Source: a virus
Direction: 5' to 3' (one strand)
DNA length: 64,000 nucleotides
IMG/VR virus record: IMGVR_UViG_3300005099_000065
Location: 1-64,000 of that record
Part shown: piece by piece, positions 8,996 through 19,100 of the stretch
Position numbering within the stretch: the stretch's first letter is position 1
Layout: every line of letters begins with the position of its first letter
Notes under the pieces: model-generated
Database searches by the model: none
Told to the model about the DNA's origin: nothing
The model's input: the letters and a program-made list of their open reading frames with translations, nothing else
Program-made: the position numbers and the translations under genes

Positions 8996-10543
8996 ATGCC
9001 GGTGCACAAATACATAGACCCAACTTGAACATATGACGGAGATGGGAGTTCCCCATCGTGTGCATCTTCTGATGGTGGAGCAGGGGCTTATAATTCTATT
9101 GCTTCTTTTCTTACAAATGCCAGTGATGGATGGTATGGTTGGGTAAGAAGAAATAATAACGATATCTCTATTAGTAGCCAACTCGCTCCATCGAACAACT
9201 GTGTCATAGGAAATCCTGCTAGACTTATAGGTTGGCCATACTATGAACAAGTTTCAGGCACAGTAGATGGGGCTATCAGTGGAAAGGAGAAGTTTGGATT
9301 TTATGATGCGGAACTTACAGCTACGGATACAGGACATTATTGCAGCGCAGAAATAGAATTTACAGGTGGAGCTAATTCAGGGTTAAAAAGAAAAGTTATA
9401 TTCTATCAGTATGACAGTGAAAATAGCAGAGGAGAGGTTTATGTATTTCCTGACCTGCCAAATAACATACAGGCAGGAGATACCTATACAATTACTTTAA
9501 AAACAGAACTTTACGATGAAAGACCACAAGCTGGAATTGATGCTGGTTGGGATGATGATAATTATATAAGACCCGTGTTGGATGGTGGTGGCGGAAGTTT
9601 TAATTTATTTTACTGGCAAAGATTCGGATGGCATTGTTATAATTTTGTTTTGAAGAATGTAGCTTCTGGCTACCGTTTGTTTTATAGAACACCAACTTTA
9701 GGCAAAAATCTGATTTTTTGCGACACTGCTGAGGATTGTATCTATGGAGAGCAAAAATTTATGGACAGACTTGAAGATTGCTATGCTTATGGCTTTGGCA
9801 GGTATTTCTTGAATTCTTGTGATTTAGGCTGTCTGGAAAACGTCCACGTGCAAGGAACAGAAGGAGCTGATAGATATGCATTACGATTTTCACATCCAAA
9901 AGTACTAAAGGCTTGCAGTTTTGGTAAAGTGATTCCTTTAACGACACTTTTTTATGCCATGTTAAGCCCTAAAATACAATGTGAGCAGATAGATTATGAT
10001 TTAACTGAAAGTATTGTTAATTGGAGTACAAATGCTTATCCAAGCCAGTACCACTATATCTCTTTTAGCGGATATAATGGAAACAAGGATAAATTCCGCC
10101 AGTATTATTACAATGGAGAAATCTACAACGTAGATGAAGATGCCGCAATTGACCCTCCTAGTGGGGCTACGACATATATTAAGATTGTACCTAATAGTCG
10201 GTGCAATTCACTATATCCTCTTGTTCACAAAGAAGAGCGTTATCAATCGGGGACATCCAAAACATATACTTGGAAGGTTTTAATATGGGGATATTCCAGT
10301 TTCGACGTAACAGACGTTGAAGTAGAGGCTTGGTATTTAGAAGAATCAACGGGTATTAAACGTAAATATAGCACAGCAAACCTTTCTACTGCTACTATCT
10401 CTGACGAAACAAATCAAGTTTGGAATGATTTGTCTATCACTATTTCTCCAGGGCAAGCAGGAATGGTGTATTTTCAGATTAAGCTTAAAAAATATGAATT
10501 AGGAGCATTTATTGCATTAGACCCAAAACCTAGTGTGAGTTAG
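8996..10543 (+). CDS. Putative virion appendage protein of 515 codons with one in-frame UGA at codon 11 (candidate selenocysteine); the ORF track shows only 9575-10543
   Basis: Manual translation gives ATG 8996 MPVHKYIDPT-TGA(9026-9028)-TYDGDGSSPSCASSDGGAGAYNS..., then 182 open codons with no ATG/GTG/TTG until GTG 9575, in the same frame. Contains an IEFTGGANSGLKRKV...LPNNIQAGDTYTI segment typical of phage virion proteins. Confidence 0.7.
9029..9060 (+). promoter_or_regulatory. Bacterial SECIS-like hairpin
   Basis: Stem GATGGG (9041-9046) / CCCATC (9052-9057) with loop AGTTC; the stem starts 12 nt and the loop 18 nt after the UGA, with G at loop position 2. Confidence 0.45.
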
Positions 10544-10551
10544 GAGATAAC

Positions 10552-11745
10552 ATGGCTTATATTGATTATACATTAGCATGGGGAAGGCTTATAAGGCAGG
10601 ATGAAGAGCCGTCTGATGGGTATAGTTTGGTTTGGGGAGAGGTGAAGACTTATTATATTGTTACTGCTGGCCAAGTCTATGATGAAATTTGCGGCGATGT
10701 TTTCAATGCTGAATTGACTTCTGGATCCCAGATTGAGATAAAAGCCGGGGTGCAGGAGGTAATGAAACCGAGTGATTTAGGCAGTGGTCCTTTGACTTCT
10801 CATCATCGAGCAATAAGCGATTTTTTATTGAGAGACCAAAGTAAGCTACTTTTGCTTTTAGACCTAGCTAGCAAAGGTTTTCTTAAACACGAAATTGAAG
10901 GTCAATGTTTCCTCACTTTGAGCCAGGAAAATTCCGAGTTTGTTAAAGTTAGCTCATCCAATATGGTCATGTTGTCTATCGACAACATTTTGAAAAGTGC
11001 ACTAAAAGTCTTAAGTTTTTCCCAAACATTGAATTACATAGATGGGTCTATCGCAAACACGTTGAAGATGTTGGACAATATAGGAGCTTACTCAGTCTTG
11101 CTTGAAGAAATATTGAATAAGTTTGGGATGTTAGAGTCCAAAAACATTGCTCTTGAATTTGTGAAACAAGCCAGATCGATCTTAAATAATATATCTTTTT
11201 CCAACTATTTGAGTTACATAGATGTGGATATTTCTTCAATAGTGGTTTTGGCAGAAAGGAAACTGAGCTATTTAGAGCAGGTTTTGCAATCTTATAGTTT
11301 GTTGAAGTTAGACGAAACAGCTTCAGTGAATTTCAATATTTTGCAAAGTATTATGGAAATGATTTCCTTTTTTACCTTTGTCAAATTTTTTAATCTTTTG
11401 GATGCCTTTTTTGCTGAAAAATTTGGTGCTAAGTCTGAAAGCCAATTGCATCCAATAATAAGACCAAAGACGATGGGTCTTTTGGTGGAGGAAGAAAAAA
11501 TCAGCGGAAGGTTTGAAATATCATCGCAATTGGGTCAAGCCATTTCATTTTTGGAGAAAAATGGGATTAATTTGGTTTTGGCTCTAGAAATAATAGCTCG
11601 CTCTTATTACTTAAGCATCTTATCCTATGCTGTTACAGAACTAGGAGTGGAGGAATTTGATTTCACAATCAAAGTGAGAGACAGAATCTGTGAAGTGAAA
11701 GTGTCTAAAAATGAATTGACAGTGAAAGTGTCTAGAGAGCAATGA
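10552..11745 (+). CDS. Putative virion structural/fibre-associated protein
   Basis: 397-aa ORF with RBS inside the appendage module. Confidence 0.5.
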   Translation: MAYIDYTLAWGRLIRQDEEPSDGYSLVWGEVKTYYIVTAGQVYDEICGDVFNAELTSGSQIEIKAGVQEVMKPSDLGSGPLTSHHRAISDFLLRDQSKLLLLLDLASKGFLKHEIEGQCFLTLSQENSEFVKVSSSNMVMLSIDNILKSALKVLSFSQTLNYIDGSIANTLKMLDNIGAYSVLLEEILNKFGMLESKNIALEFVKQARSILNNISFSNYLSYIDVDISSIVVLAERKLSYLEQVLQSYSLLKLDETASVNFNILQSIMEMISFFTFVKFFNLLDAFFAEKFGAKSESQLHPIIRPKTMGLLVEEEKISGRFEISSQLGQAISFLEKNGINLVLALEIIARSYYLSILSYAVTELGVEEFDFTIKVRDRICEVKVSKNELTVKVSREQ

Positions 11746-11781
11746 TTTATAATATTACTAAGAGATTTGAAGGAGGAAAAA

Positions 11782-12306
11782 ATGAACAAAAAAGCTTTTG
11801 GCGTAGGAGGCGCTTTCACTGTTTGCATATATAGAAAAAAGGGCGAAAATTTGGATTTAGTTGCTGAATCTGAATTTCATAATCTTTATCCAAGTGAAGG
11901 GCTGGATTATATATTATCTTCAATTTTCAAAGGTCATACACCGAGCGATCCTCTTTATGTAGGTTTGTTGGGAGGTACTGTAACTCCTTCTCCCAGCATG
12001 GATTGGAAAATGGCAAACCAGGGATCTTTGTGGGATGAATTCACATCCTATTCAGAGGGTACTAGACAAGAGTTTGTTGATGGACCTATCGATTCAGCTC
12101 ACCAAATATCTAACACAGATAACAAAGCCCAATTCACCATAACTGGTGCTGGAACAATATATGGAGCATTTTTGTGTACAGATCCTACGTTGGATGGCAC
12201 TATGGGTACTCTCGTTTGCATTGGTACTTTTGTGGGGACGGCTAGAGTAGTACAACCAGACGACATAGTTAGAGTGACTTACACTGTTGCAGGAACTAAT
12301 GCTTAA
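11782..12306 (+). CDS. Virion structural protein (fibre/collar-associated family)
   Basis: HNL..SEGLDYIL...YVGL...ISNTDNKAQFTI...IYGAFL...DIVRVTYTV pattern; 8 Gly-Thr in 175 aa; GGAGG RBS. Confidence 0.6.
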   Translation: MNKKAFGVGGAFTVCIYRKKGENLDLVAESEFHNLYPSEGLDYILSSIFKGHTPSDPLYVGLLGGTVTPSPSMDWKMANQGSLWDEFTSYSEGTRQEFVDGPIDSAHQISNTDNKAQFTITGAGTIYGAFLCTDPTLDGTMGTLVCIGTFVGTARVVQPDDIVRVTYTVAGTNA

Positions 12307-12308
12307 AG

Positions 12309-12608
12309 ATGGGAAAGACTTATTTGGGTATAAAACAACCATATGAAACTTATAGAATCAAAATAGATCTTACTGAGTTTTTGGGACAGGAATCTTTGGG
12401 AGGATATAAAGTTTCAATACATGATTTGAAAGGAACTGAAATACATTCGATGCTGGAGGATGCTACTTATTCCTCAGGAACATTGGTGTTGACGATTGGA
12501 GGTGGAAAAGACGGTCGCTCTTACAAAATCACTGTTAAAGGTTACACAAGCTCTTCTCCTGCTAGAAAATTTGAAGAGGATATATTTTTAACAGTAAAAG
12601 ACTATTGA
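12309..12608 (+). CDS. Fibre-tail adaptor-like protein
   Basis: KQPYE...IDLTEFL...IGGGKDGRSYKITV...RKFEEDIFLTV pattern. Confidence 0.55.
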   Translation: MGKTYLGIKQPYETYRIKIDLTEFLGQESLGGYKVSIHDLKGTEIHSMLEDATYSSGTLVLTIGGGKDGRSYKITVKGYTSSSPARKFEEDIFLTVKDY

Positions 12609-12609
12609 G

Positions 12610-13059
12610 ATGTATGGTGGGACTAGCGAAGTAGAAAGAATTTTGGGAGCTTATAGAGGAAAGCTGACAATAGGAATTTCAGATGAAGACACATTGGGTA
12701 CTAATGACATACAAAAAACTATGGAACAAGTGGATAAATATATAAATGCTCGACTTTCTCCGTATTTCGATGATTTGCCAATCGAACCCACTCCTGATGC
12801 TTTAGAATTTTGTTCAAACTATTTGACAGCTTATCTTGTTTATACGCAATTGCTAAGTGCTGATACGCAAGAACCACCAGACAATGTGAATGCTTGGAAA
12901 GAGATGGCTTTGCAAGCATTGGATTCCTACATTCAGTCTCGATTATCCACAAGAGCATATCCCACTTACACCAAGCAAGACCGTTTGTATGTGTTGAAAG
13001 GAGTTAAGGGAGTGGGCGAAGGCTTGATTGAAGACGAGGATGAAACTATTGTGAGGTGA
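12610..13059 (+). CDS. Head-tail adaptor (Mu gp36/gp15-like)
   Basis: DKYINARLSPYFDDLPIEPTPDALEFCSNYLTAY pattern. Confidence 0.65.
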   Translation: MYGGTSEVERILGAYRGKLTIGISDEDTLGTNDIQKTMEQVDKYINARLSPYFDDLPIEPTPDALEFCSNYLTAYLVYTQLLSADTQEPPDNVNAWKEMALQALDSYIQSRLSTRAYPTYTKQDRLYVLKGVKGVGEGLIEDEDETIVR

Positions 13060-13064
13060 TTGAT

Positions 13065-13550
13065 ATGGCTTTGCCTGCAGTTTTAATACCAGCAGCTGTT
13101 TCAGTTGCAAAAGCAGCAATAGGTTTTTTCAAAAAGAAAAATCGTTCAGACAAAGCGTCCAAATTGCAATCAGCTATCGAGGCTATCAATGAGTTGATGA
13201 ATGATGCCGAGACAGATCCAGAGCTGAAAAAGTTGTTGCTTGAAAAGGAAATTGAGTTTGAAAGACTTTACACAGAAAGAGTGAAAGCCAGTCTAGAAGT
13301 AATCAAAGCAGAAGCCACATCTGAAGACCCATATGTGAGAAGAGCTAGACCTACATGGCTTTATGCTTCAATTCTGATTTTTGTAATGTTGTTTTGCGTG
13401 TTTCCTATTTTGAGAATCGAAGTCACAAAGTACGTACCAATGGATATATTGGATGTGTTTTTGAAAGCCGTGACGGCAGGATTTTTAGGTTATGGGGCTT
13501 TTCGCACCATCGATAAGAAACATTTTTCATTTCCTCATTGGGGAAGGTGA
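13065..13550 (+). CDS. Holin (3TM, GTA-holin-like)
   Basis: EATSEDPYVRRARPTWLY motif followed by two hydrophobic segments and LGYGAFRTIDK. Confidence 0.75.
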   Translation: MALPAVLIPAAVSVAKAAIGFFKKKNRSDKASKLQSAIEAINELMNDAETDPELKKLLLEKEIEFERLYTERVKASLEVIKAEATSEDPYVRRARPTWLYASILIFVMLFCVFPILRIEVTKYVPMDILDVFLKAVTAGFLGYGAFRTIDKKHFSFPHWGR

Positions 13551-13813
13551 TGCAAATGAATGATGTTTTGCTTTGGGCTTTAGGCACATTGGTGGGAGCT
13601 TGCGGGGCTATGATTGGTTATTTGTGGAAAGTGAAAGTGAACGAAAAGTTTTGCAATTTGAGACACAAAGAGTTGAATATGAGATTGGATATGATAGTCA
13701 CTGAGATTCGTAATGATATCAGAGATTTGAAGGAGCAACAAAACCATATCGTGGATTTGATAATGGATTTGAAAGGAGTGTTGAGTTGTGGAAGGGCTGA
13801 TAAAAGAAAATGA
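13550..13813 (+). CDS. Small membrane-anchored coiled-coil protein (lysis-associated?)
   Basis: N-terminal transmembrane segment plus coiled coil, next to the holin. Confidence 0.5.
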   Translation: MQMNDVLLWALGTLVGACGAMIGYLWKVKVNEKFCNLRHKELNMRLDMIVTEIRNDIRDLKEQQNHIVDLIMDLKGVLSCGRADKRK

Positions 13814-14117
13814 AAATTGGAGAGTGAGAAAGAGAGGAAATGATTTTGCTGTGACCAGTCGAAAAGGTCGTTTCACTTTTTATCTGCATGGATCCATCGA
13901 GAAGGTGATTTTCGTCCGAGGGTTGAAGGCAGCTTATCAACATTCTCAGCTCACAGGACGTGAGTTTTATTTCTTTTCGTTAAATGCTTTTTTTGGAATG
14001 TGGTTGAGTGTAGAGGATATCAAATTTTTACTGGACGCATTTCCATTGTCTGAATCCGAAAAACAGCTGGCAATCGAAGAGGAAACTTTGTCCCAAGGCA
14101 CTGCCTCTTTGCATTGA
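13788..14117 (+). CDS. Hypothetical protein
   Basis: 109-aa ORF overlapping the upstream gene. Confidence 0.55.
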   Translation: MEGLIKENENWRVRKRGNDFAVTSRKGRFTFYLHGSIEKVIFVRGLKAAYQHSQLTGREFYFFSLNAFFGMWLSVEDIKFLLDAFPLSESEKQLAIEEETLSQGTASLH

Positions 14118-14118
14118 T

Positions 14119-14158
14119 GTCAAAAAATTTTTGACTTCTTTTTTAAATCAGGTATAAT
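14119..14158 (+). promoter_or_regulatory. Sigma70-type promoter of the glycosylation island, overlapped by an inverted repeat
   Basis: TTGACT (14131-14136)-16 bp-TATAAT (14153-14158); GTCAAAAA-A-TTTTTGAC at 14119-14135. Confidence 0.6.
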
Positions 14159-14166
14159 AAGACAAG

Positions 14167-15231
14167 GTGAAAAAGGCTGGTGTAATTTCAGTTTGGTTCG
14201 AAAGAGGAGCTGGTTACATAGCCTATCAAATTGCTTCTTGCCTTCAGGAATGGGGATGGGGTGTTCGAATTTTGGCTCGACCCACCAATGTGAAAGGTCT
14301 GTCCAAAAGAACCTGGGAAAGAGAGTCATTTGAATTTCCAGTAGTGGTTTCTCCCTCCTATGAAATACCCCAAAGCCTTTTATCATTTTTCATTCGAGAT
14401 CTAGATGTAATTTTTTTCATTGAAGAACATTTCACTTTGAAACATACCATCCCATGTTTGGAATCATTCAGAGGTAAGGTGTTCAATTATGTGGTGTGGG
14501 AAAGCGTGAATCCCCAAGACAGAGAGTTGTATGAAAGATTCGACGCATTAATTTGTCCCACTTATGCTTGTTATAAAAGATTGAAAAATTACGAATTGAA
14601 AAATGTGTTTTATATGAGGTGGGGAATAGATGTTGATTATTGGCGACCAGGTCCTTTGTATGAAGGCAAAAGGAAAACGAGGTTTTTCTTTTGTGAAGGT
14701 TGGGGAGGAATGTATGGAAGAAAAAATTTTGGGGCAGTGATGGAAGCCTTTTCTTATACCATACCAACCAAGAAATGCGAATTGTACATTCACTCTCAAT
14801 ATCCCAAACCACCAGGCGAGGCACTGGAAGGATTGGGGTGGAAAAGAAGCTTCGGAAATGAAAGCCGAGACAAAATTCTCCGAGCTTACCATTTCAATGA
14901 TGTCACTTTGGTGCCAAGCAAATGGGAAGGTTTGGGTCTGAATCTTTTGGAATCTTTGTCTTGTGGAAGACCTGTCATCACAGTAGCTGCACCTCCAATG
15001 AATGAAATAGTGACTCCAGATTGTGGTTTGCTTTGTAATTGCATTTTGACCAAGCAGCAAGGGGTATTTGTGGATGTGGCTTTGGTTGATGTGAAAGATT
15101 TGGCGACATCCATGTTATTTTATGCAGACAATCCTATGATGTTGGTTCGTCATCAACAATTGGCTAGACAAAGAGCTTTGCAGTTGTACAATTGGGAGGA
15201 GAACAAATGGAAACTGAAAGAGTTGTTGTAG
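14167..15231 (+). CDS. Glycosyltransferase, GT4 (GT-B)
   Basis: VPSKWEGLGLNLLESLSCGRPVIT..APPMNE signature; RKNFGAV. Confidence 0.9.
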   Translation: MKKAGVISVWFERGAGYIAYQIASCLQEWGWGVRILARPTNVKGLSKRTWERESFEFPVVVSPSYEIPQSLLSFFIRDLDVIFFIEEHFTLKHTIPCLESFRGKVFNYVVWESVNPQDRELYERFDALICPTYACYKRLKNYELKNVFYMRWGIDVDYWRPGPLYEGKRKTRFFFCEGWGGMYGRKNFGAVMEAFSYTIPTKKCELYIHSQYPKPPGEALEGLGWKRSFGNESRDKILRAYHFNDVTLVPSKWEGLGLNLLESLSCGRPVITVAAPPMNEIVTPDCGLLCNCILTKQQGVFVDVALVDVKDLATSMLFYADNPMMLVRHQQLARQRALQLYNWEENKWKLKELL

Positions 15232-15821
15232 GTATCGTGAAACAAAGATTGGAATTGTTATCTCATGGAGACTTGGGAGGAGCTGTTTATTTTTTGTATG
15301 AAGAAGCAAAAAAATTCAAGGACAAAGATTGGGCGTTGGAACTAGGTGTGGGTCCTGGACGCTCAACCGAGGCAATTTTGTGGGGAATCAAAGAATCAAA
15401 TTCCAACGCAAGATTGTTCAGCGTGGATTATAAACCTTGTTCTGATGCTCGGGAGAGAATCAAACAATTGGGACTGAATTGTTATCATGTGTTCATTCGT
15501 GAGGATGACCGAAATGCGTTGAAAATCATAAGAGGAATACAAATGTTTTTGGGGAAAGGTTTCAGCCCTGCAGCTCGTTTTGTGTTCATTGACTCATCTC
15601 ACGAGTATGAGCATACAGTGACGGAACTCTTCAGTTATTCTTGGCTTACCAACCAGGTTTTCCTTCATGGTACAGAAAGGGTTGAGGTCAAAGCAGCTAT
15701 CGATTTGTTTTTGAGATGTTCCAAGATGAATGAATGGAAATACAAAGAAAGAGGTTGGCGACACGGTTTTGCTATTTTAACCCGTGTCAAACCATTGGGT
15801 GAGGGGGTGATGATAAAATGA
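15207..15821 (+). CDS. Class I SAM-dependent methyltransferase (Methyltransf_24-like, glycan O-methylation)
   Basis: LELGVGPGRST, LFSVD, VFIDSSHEYEHT; GGAGGA RBS before ATG 15207. Confidence 0.8.
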   Translation: METERVVVGIVKQRLELLSHGDLGGAVYFLYEEAKKFKDKDWALELGVGPGRSTEAILWGIKESNSNARLFSVDYKPCSDARERIKQLGLNCYHVFIREDDRNALKIIRGIQMFLGKGFSPAARFVFIDSSHEYEHTVTELFSYSWLTNQVFLHGTERVEVKAAIDLFLRCSKMNEWKYKERGWRHGFAILTRVKPLGEGVMIK

Positions 15822-16057
15822 AAGAAGATGCTGAAGTGATAGCCAAGTTGGTGGAACATTTTCTGAGGCTTTGGTCAACCAATCCAGACAATCTTCATCC
15901 CCAATATGCTTCCACAGGTAAAGCCGAATTGAATTTTTATTTGGGTAAGTGGAGATTGGAGATAAAAGCCGAAGTGGGAGAAATTCGCTTCACAGTTACA
16001 CCATTGGGAGGTGTAACGCCATGGTGGAACATGGGTTTAAACCAGGCGACAGGATAA
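15818..16057 (+). CDS. Hypothetical protein
   Basis: ORF coupled to the upstream stop. Confidence 0.5.
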   Translation: MKEDAEVIAKLVEHFLRLWSTNPDNLHPQYASTGKAELNFYLGKWRLEIKAEVGEIRFTVTPLGGVTPWWNMGLNQATG

Positions 16058-16212
16058 AAATCAAGTCAAATGAAACCACGAGAATGATGTGTTTGGATGG
16101 GAAAGAGGGAGTGGTTGTGCAAATAGAGAAGAACCAAATTTTGGTAGATGTGACAGAGGCTGGACTTTTTTGGTTTTGGCCAGATGAAATAGAAAAGATG
16201 GAAGATGATTAG
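16021..16212 (+). CDS. Small KOW/SH3-like protein
   Basis: FKPGDRIKIK...GKEGVVVQIE; GGAGG RBS. Confidence 0.55.
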   Translation: MVEHGFKPGDRIKIKSNETTRMMCLDGKEGVVVQIEKNQILVDVTEAGLFWFWPDEIEKMEDD

Positions 16213-16219
16213 GAGGTGA

Positions 16220-17356
16220 ATGATGAAATTAGTGTTTTCAGTCATTATCACCAGCGCAGCAAAATCAGAAACCAGACAAATATGGTTGTTCGAAGCTTTA
16301 ACATCTGTTTTGTCCCAGTCTTACCCTTATTGGGAGTGCATAGTTGTGGATGATACAGGTGAGCAGTTGCTAAAACCGATAGTAGAGAAAGCTCGAAATC
16401 TCGCTACCAATCCCATTTTGTATGTGCCCAATCTTTGCAATTTGGGTTTGCAAAAGTCGTTCAACATTGGTCTGTTTTATGCTGCGGGAGATTGGATTGT
16501 GAGATTGGACGATGACGATCAATTCTATCCTTGCACTTTGAATGAATTGGCTTTATTTATCCAAAAATGTCCAGACAACGTGGTTTTTGTTCACAGTGAT
16601 ATTGCTTTCATGCATGGAGGTGTGTACAGCTATCCAGAATGGGACGGCACTTTGGAAGGTACTGAGAGAATTGGCCACGTGCAGGCTATCAAGAGGCAGG
16701 CTTTGCTTCAAATAGGAGGGTGGAGAACAGACATTGATTATGCAGCAGATACAGACTGTGTGATTAGGCTTCTGGAGATGGGCTGGGAAATTCGACACAT
16801 TCCGAAGGTGTTGTACCTCAATCGTCATCATGAAGATCAGTACACTGTGTGGTATGCCAAACATAAAGATCCCATAAAGGCTAAGCGGAGAGTTTTTCAG
16901 GATGCTTTGAAACGCAATTATGAGTTTTGGAGATATCGTCAGTCAACTTTTCAACCTATGACATGTGCTAAAGTGGCTGATGTGCTGGAGGCTGTGAAAA
17001 AGTATTTGAAAGGTAACGGAATTGAGTTAGGAATGCAAGTCATTGGGCTTAGCTCAGACATTTTTGCGAGCGTGAAAGACGAGATGGTATTTGAGGATGA
17101 GAGATTGGATTACGTTTTAATTTTTGTTTCTGACTTATCTCAGTTGATTAAGAAAAAGATATTGCTTTGCTCTCGCAAGGTGAAAAGGGGAGGACATTTG
17201 ATTTTGGTTATCAGTCGCAAACGAGATCCCGAATGGCGTCAAGGCTTTTTGATTTGGATAACCAATAAATTTAGAACCAAAGATTTTGACTTGATTCAAT
17301 TAGACACAGCCAAAGAAGGAGAGTGGTCAGAATGGGTACTAAAAAAACGGTGTTAA
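16220..17356 (+). CDS. Glycosyltransferase GT2 fused to a degenerate methyltransferase-like domain
   Basis: FSVIIT...WECIVVDD...WIVRLDDDD...DTDCVIRL; C-terminal GNGIELG...KVKRGGHLILV. Confidence 0.85.
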   Translation: MMKLVFSVIITSAAKSETRQIWLFEALTSVLSQSYPYWECIVVDDTGEQLLKPIVEKARNLATNPILYVPNLCNLGLQKSFNIGLFYAAGDWIVRLDDDDQFYPCTLNELALFIQKCPDNVVFVHSDIAFMHGGVYSYPEWDGTLEGTERIGHVQAIKRQALLQIGGWRTDIDYAADTDCVIRLLEMGWEIRHIPKVLYLNRHHEDQYTVWYAKHKDPIKAKRRVFQDALKRNYEFWRYRQSTFQPMTCAKVADVLEAVKKYLKGNGIELGMQVIGLSSDIFASVKDEMVFEDERLDYVLIFVSDLSQLIKKKILLCSRKVKRGGHLILVISRKRDPEWRQGFLIWITNKFRTKDFDLIQLDTAKEGEWSEWVLKKRC

Positions 17357-18198
17357 TTTTGGGGGCAAATTTCGACAACGTCGCAGGAATGGAATCAGGT
17401 GTGGCCAAAGCTTTTCGCCAGTTGAATTGGAATGTGATTGCTTTGTCGTATCGCAAAATGTTTCCTAGCAATTTGTTTATGAAAGTGGATGAAGCTTATG
17501 CAAAAGGAATAGATTTGGTGTTGGTTATCAAAGGTGAAAGAGTAGATCCTTTGCAAACCTTTCCTCGTGCTTCTGTACCCAAAGCATTTTGGTTTCAAGA
17601 CGATGTACGCTGGAGTAAAACCAACTGGGCTTTGTTTCAGACTTTGTTTCCTTATTATGATTATGTTTTTTATTTTGATCAATCGGGAATTGAATGGATG
17701 CAAGACAAAATAAGAGGGAAGGTCTATTTTTTGCCATTGGGTTATGACCCTGAAGTTTATCGACCTCGATCGAAGAAGAGAGATGTATGCTTTTTATGTT
17801 CTGTTGTAGGTCCAAGGTTGGAAGTAGCTTATATATTAAAGCATCGCTACAATGCTTTGGTTGGTTGGGTTGGAGACGATTACCCTAAGCTGTTAGCTGA
17901 GACTAGAATTGCAGTGAATTGGGGATTGACCTTCCAATCTACCCAACAGCGAGTTTTCGAAGCAGCTGGATGTGGGTGTGTGGTAGTGACCAGTTGGGTG
18001 GATGAGAAATATCGTGTGTTAAAAACACCTATATATGTGAAGGATTTGGAACACTTGACCAAAGAAATCGATGAGCTCTTAGTCGATGAAGAAGAGTTGA
18101 AGAAAAAAGCTCAGCAAATCAAAACAGAATCACAAAACCATACTTGGAAGCACAGAGTTTTGTCTCTTTTAAACCAAATCCAAGGAGGAGACAAATGA
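17332..18198 (+). CDS. CgeB-like glycosyltransferase (GT-B)
   Basis: FLPLGYDPEVYRP, TRIAVNW...QRVFEAAGCG, NHTWKHRV. Confidence 0.8.
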   Translation: MGTKKTVLILGANFDNVAGMESGVAKAFRQLNWNVIALSYRKMFPSNLFMKVDEAYAKGIDLVLVIKGERVDPLQTFPRASVPKAFWFQDDVRWSKTNWALFQTLFPYYDYVFYFDQSGIEWMQDKIRGKVYFLPLGYDPEVYRPRSKKRDVCFLCSVVGPRLEVAYILKHRYNALVGWVGDDYPKLLAETRIAVNWGLTFQSTQQRVFEAAGCGCVVVTSWVDEKYRVLKTPIYVKDLEHLTKEIDELLVDEEELKKKAQQIKTESQNHTWKHRVLSLLNQIQGGDK

Positions 18199-19100
18199 AA
18201 TGTCTGGTTGTGGGTGGAGCAGGATTCATTGGTAGTCATTTGGTTGAACATCTGTTGAGCCAAGGTTATGAAGTAGAAGTGTTGGACAATTTAATAGCGG
18301 GCAATCCCGACAATGTTTCCATTCCCGTTGCCACTTCAGTAGAGGACTTGCAAAGTGAATTTTGGGACGTGATTTTTTGGTTGGCTGACCGAGTAGGAGT
18401 GAAAACAATTGTGCAAACCAAAACATTCAATTTGATCAGCTCTTTGTTTCTTTTGAAAACTTTTATCGGTTGCTCGCACAGAATTGTTTTGGCTTCTAGT
18501 AGTGAAGTTTATGGACAATATTGGTCGAAATATCAATTTTCATATCACAAAAGGTTTACCTATGCTTGGATAAAGTTGTTGGAAGAGTTTTTGGTGTCCG
18601 AAAGCTGGACATCATATGTTATAGCAAGATTGTTCAACGTTTATGGACCCAGGCAAAGAATTCATGCAGGAGTGGTTCCATACTTTTGCTATCGGGCTTA
18701 CCATCATTTGCCCTTGACGCTGCACGAGGAATCTGGTTATTGCGCTGTTCGTTCATTTTTGTACGTGAAAAATTTAGCGGAGCTTTTGACCACGTTGGCC
18801 ATTTCCAATTGGACAGGAATAATGGACATAGGCAATCCCTTTGCCGTCATAAGCATCAGGTCATTGGCTATGAAGATTCGTGAGCTTTTTGATTCCAAAT
18901 CTGCAATTTTGACTGTGGACAATCCTTATGCAGGTCCTAGAGTGCGTTATTCGTCTTGTATGGAAATGAGAAGGTTTTTTGGTGAAGATTATTTGAGGCA
19001 AAAACTGGTTCCACTAGAGGAAGGATTGAAGGAAACTGCCAATTGGTACAGGAAAGTTTTTGACCAAAATGATTCTCAGTTACAACAGTTGATGAAATGA
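18195..19100 (+). CDS. NAD-dependent sugar epimerase/dehydratase
   Basis: LVVGGAGFIGSHL, ASSSEVYG, YAWIK (YxxxK), RLFNVYGPRQ. Confidence 0.9.
   Translation: MKCLVVGGAGFIGSHLVEHLLSQGYEVEVLDNLIAGNPDNVSIPVATSVEDLQSEFWDVIFWLADRVGVKTIVQTKTFNLISSLFLLKTFIGCSHRIVLASSSEVYGQYWSKYQFSYHKRFTYAWIKLLEEFLVSESWTSYVIARLFNVYGPRQRIHAGVVPYFCYRAYHHLPLTLHEESGYCAVRSFLYVKNLAELLTTLAISNWTGIMDIGNPFAVISIRSLAMKIRELFDSKSAILTVDNPYAGPRVRYSSCMEMRRFFGEDYLRQKLVPLEEGLKETANWYRKVFDQNDSQLQQLMK

Noticed and set aside
14120-14386. Alternative plus-strand ORF overlapping the GT4 start
   Set aside because: It overlaps the promoter and the motif-supported GT4 gene in another frame.
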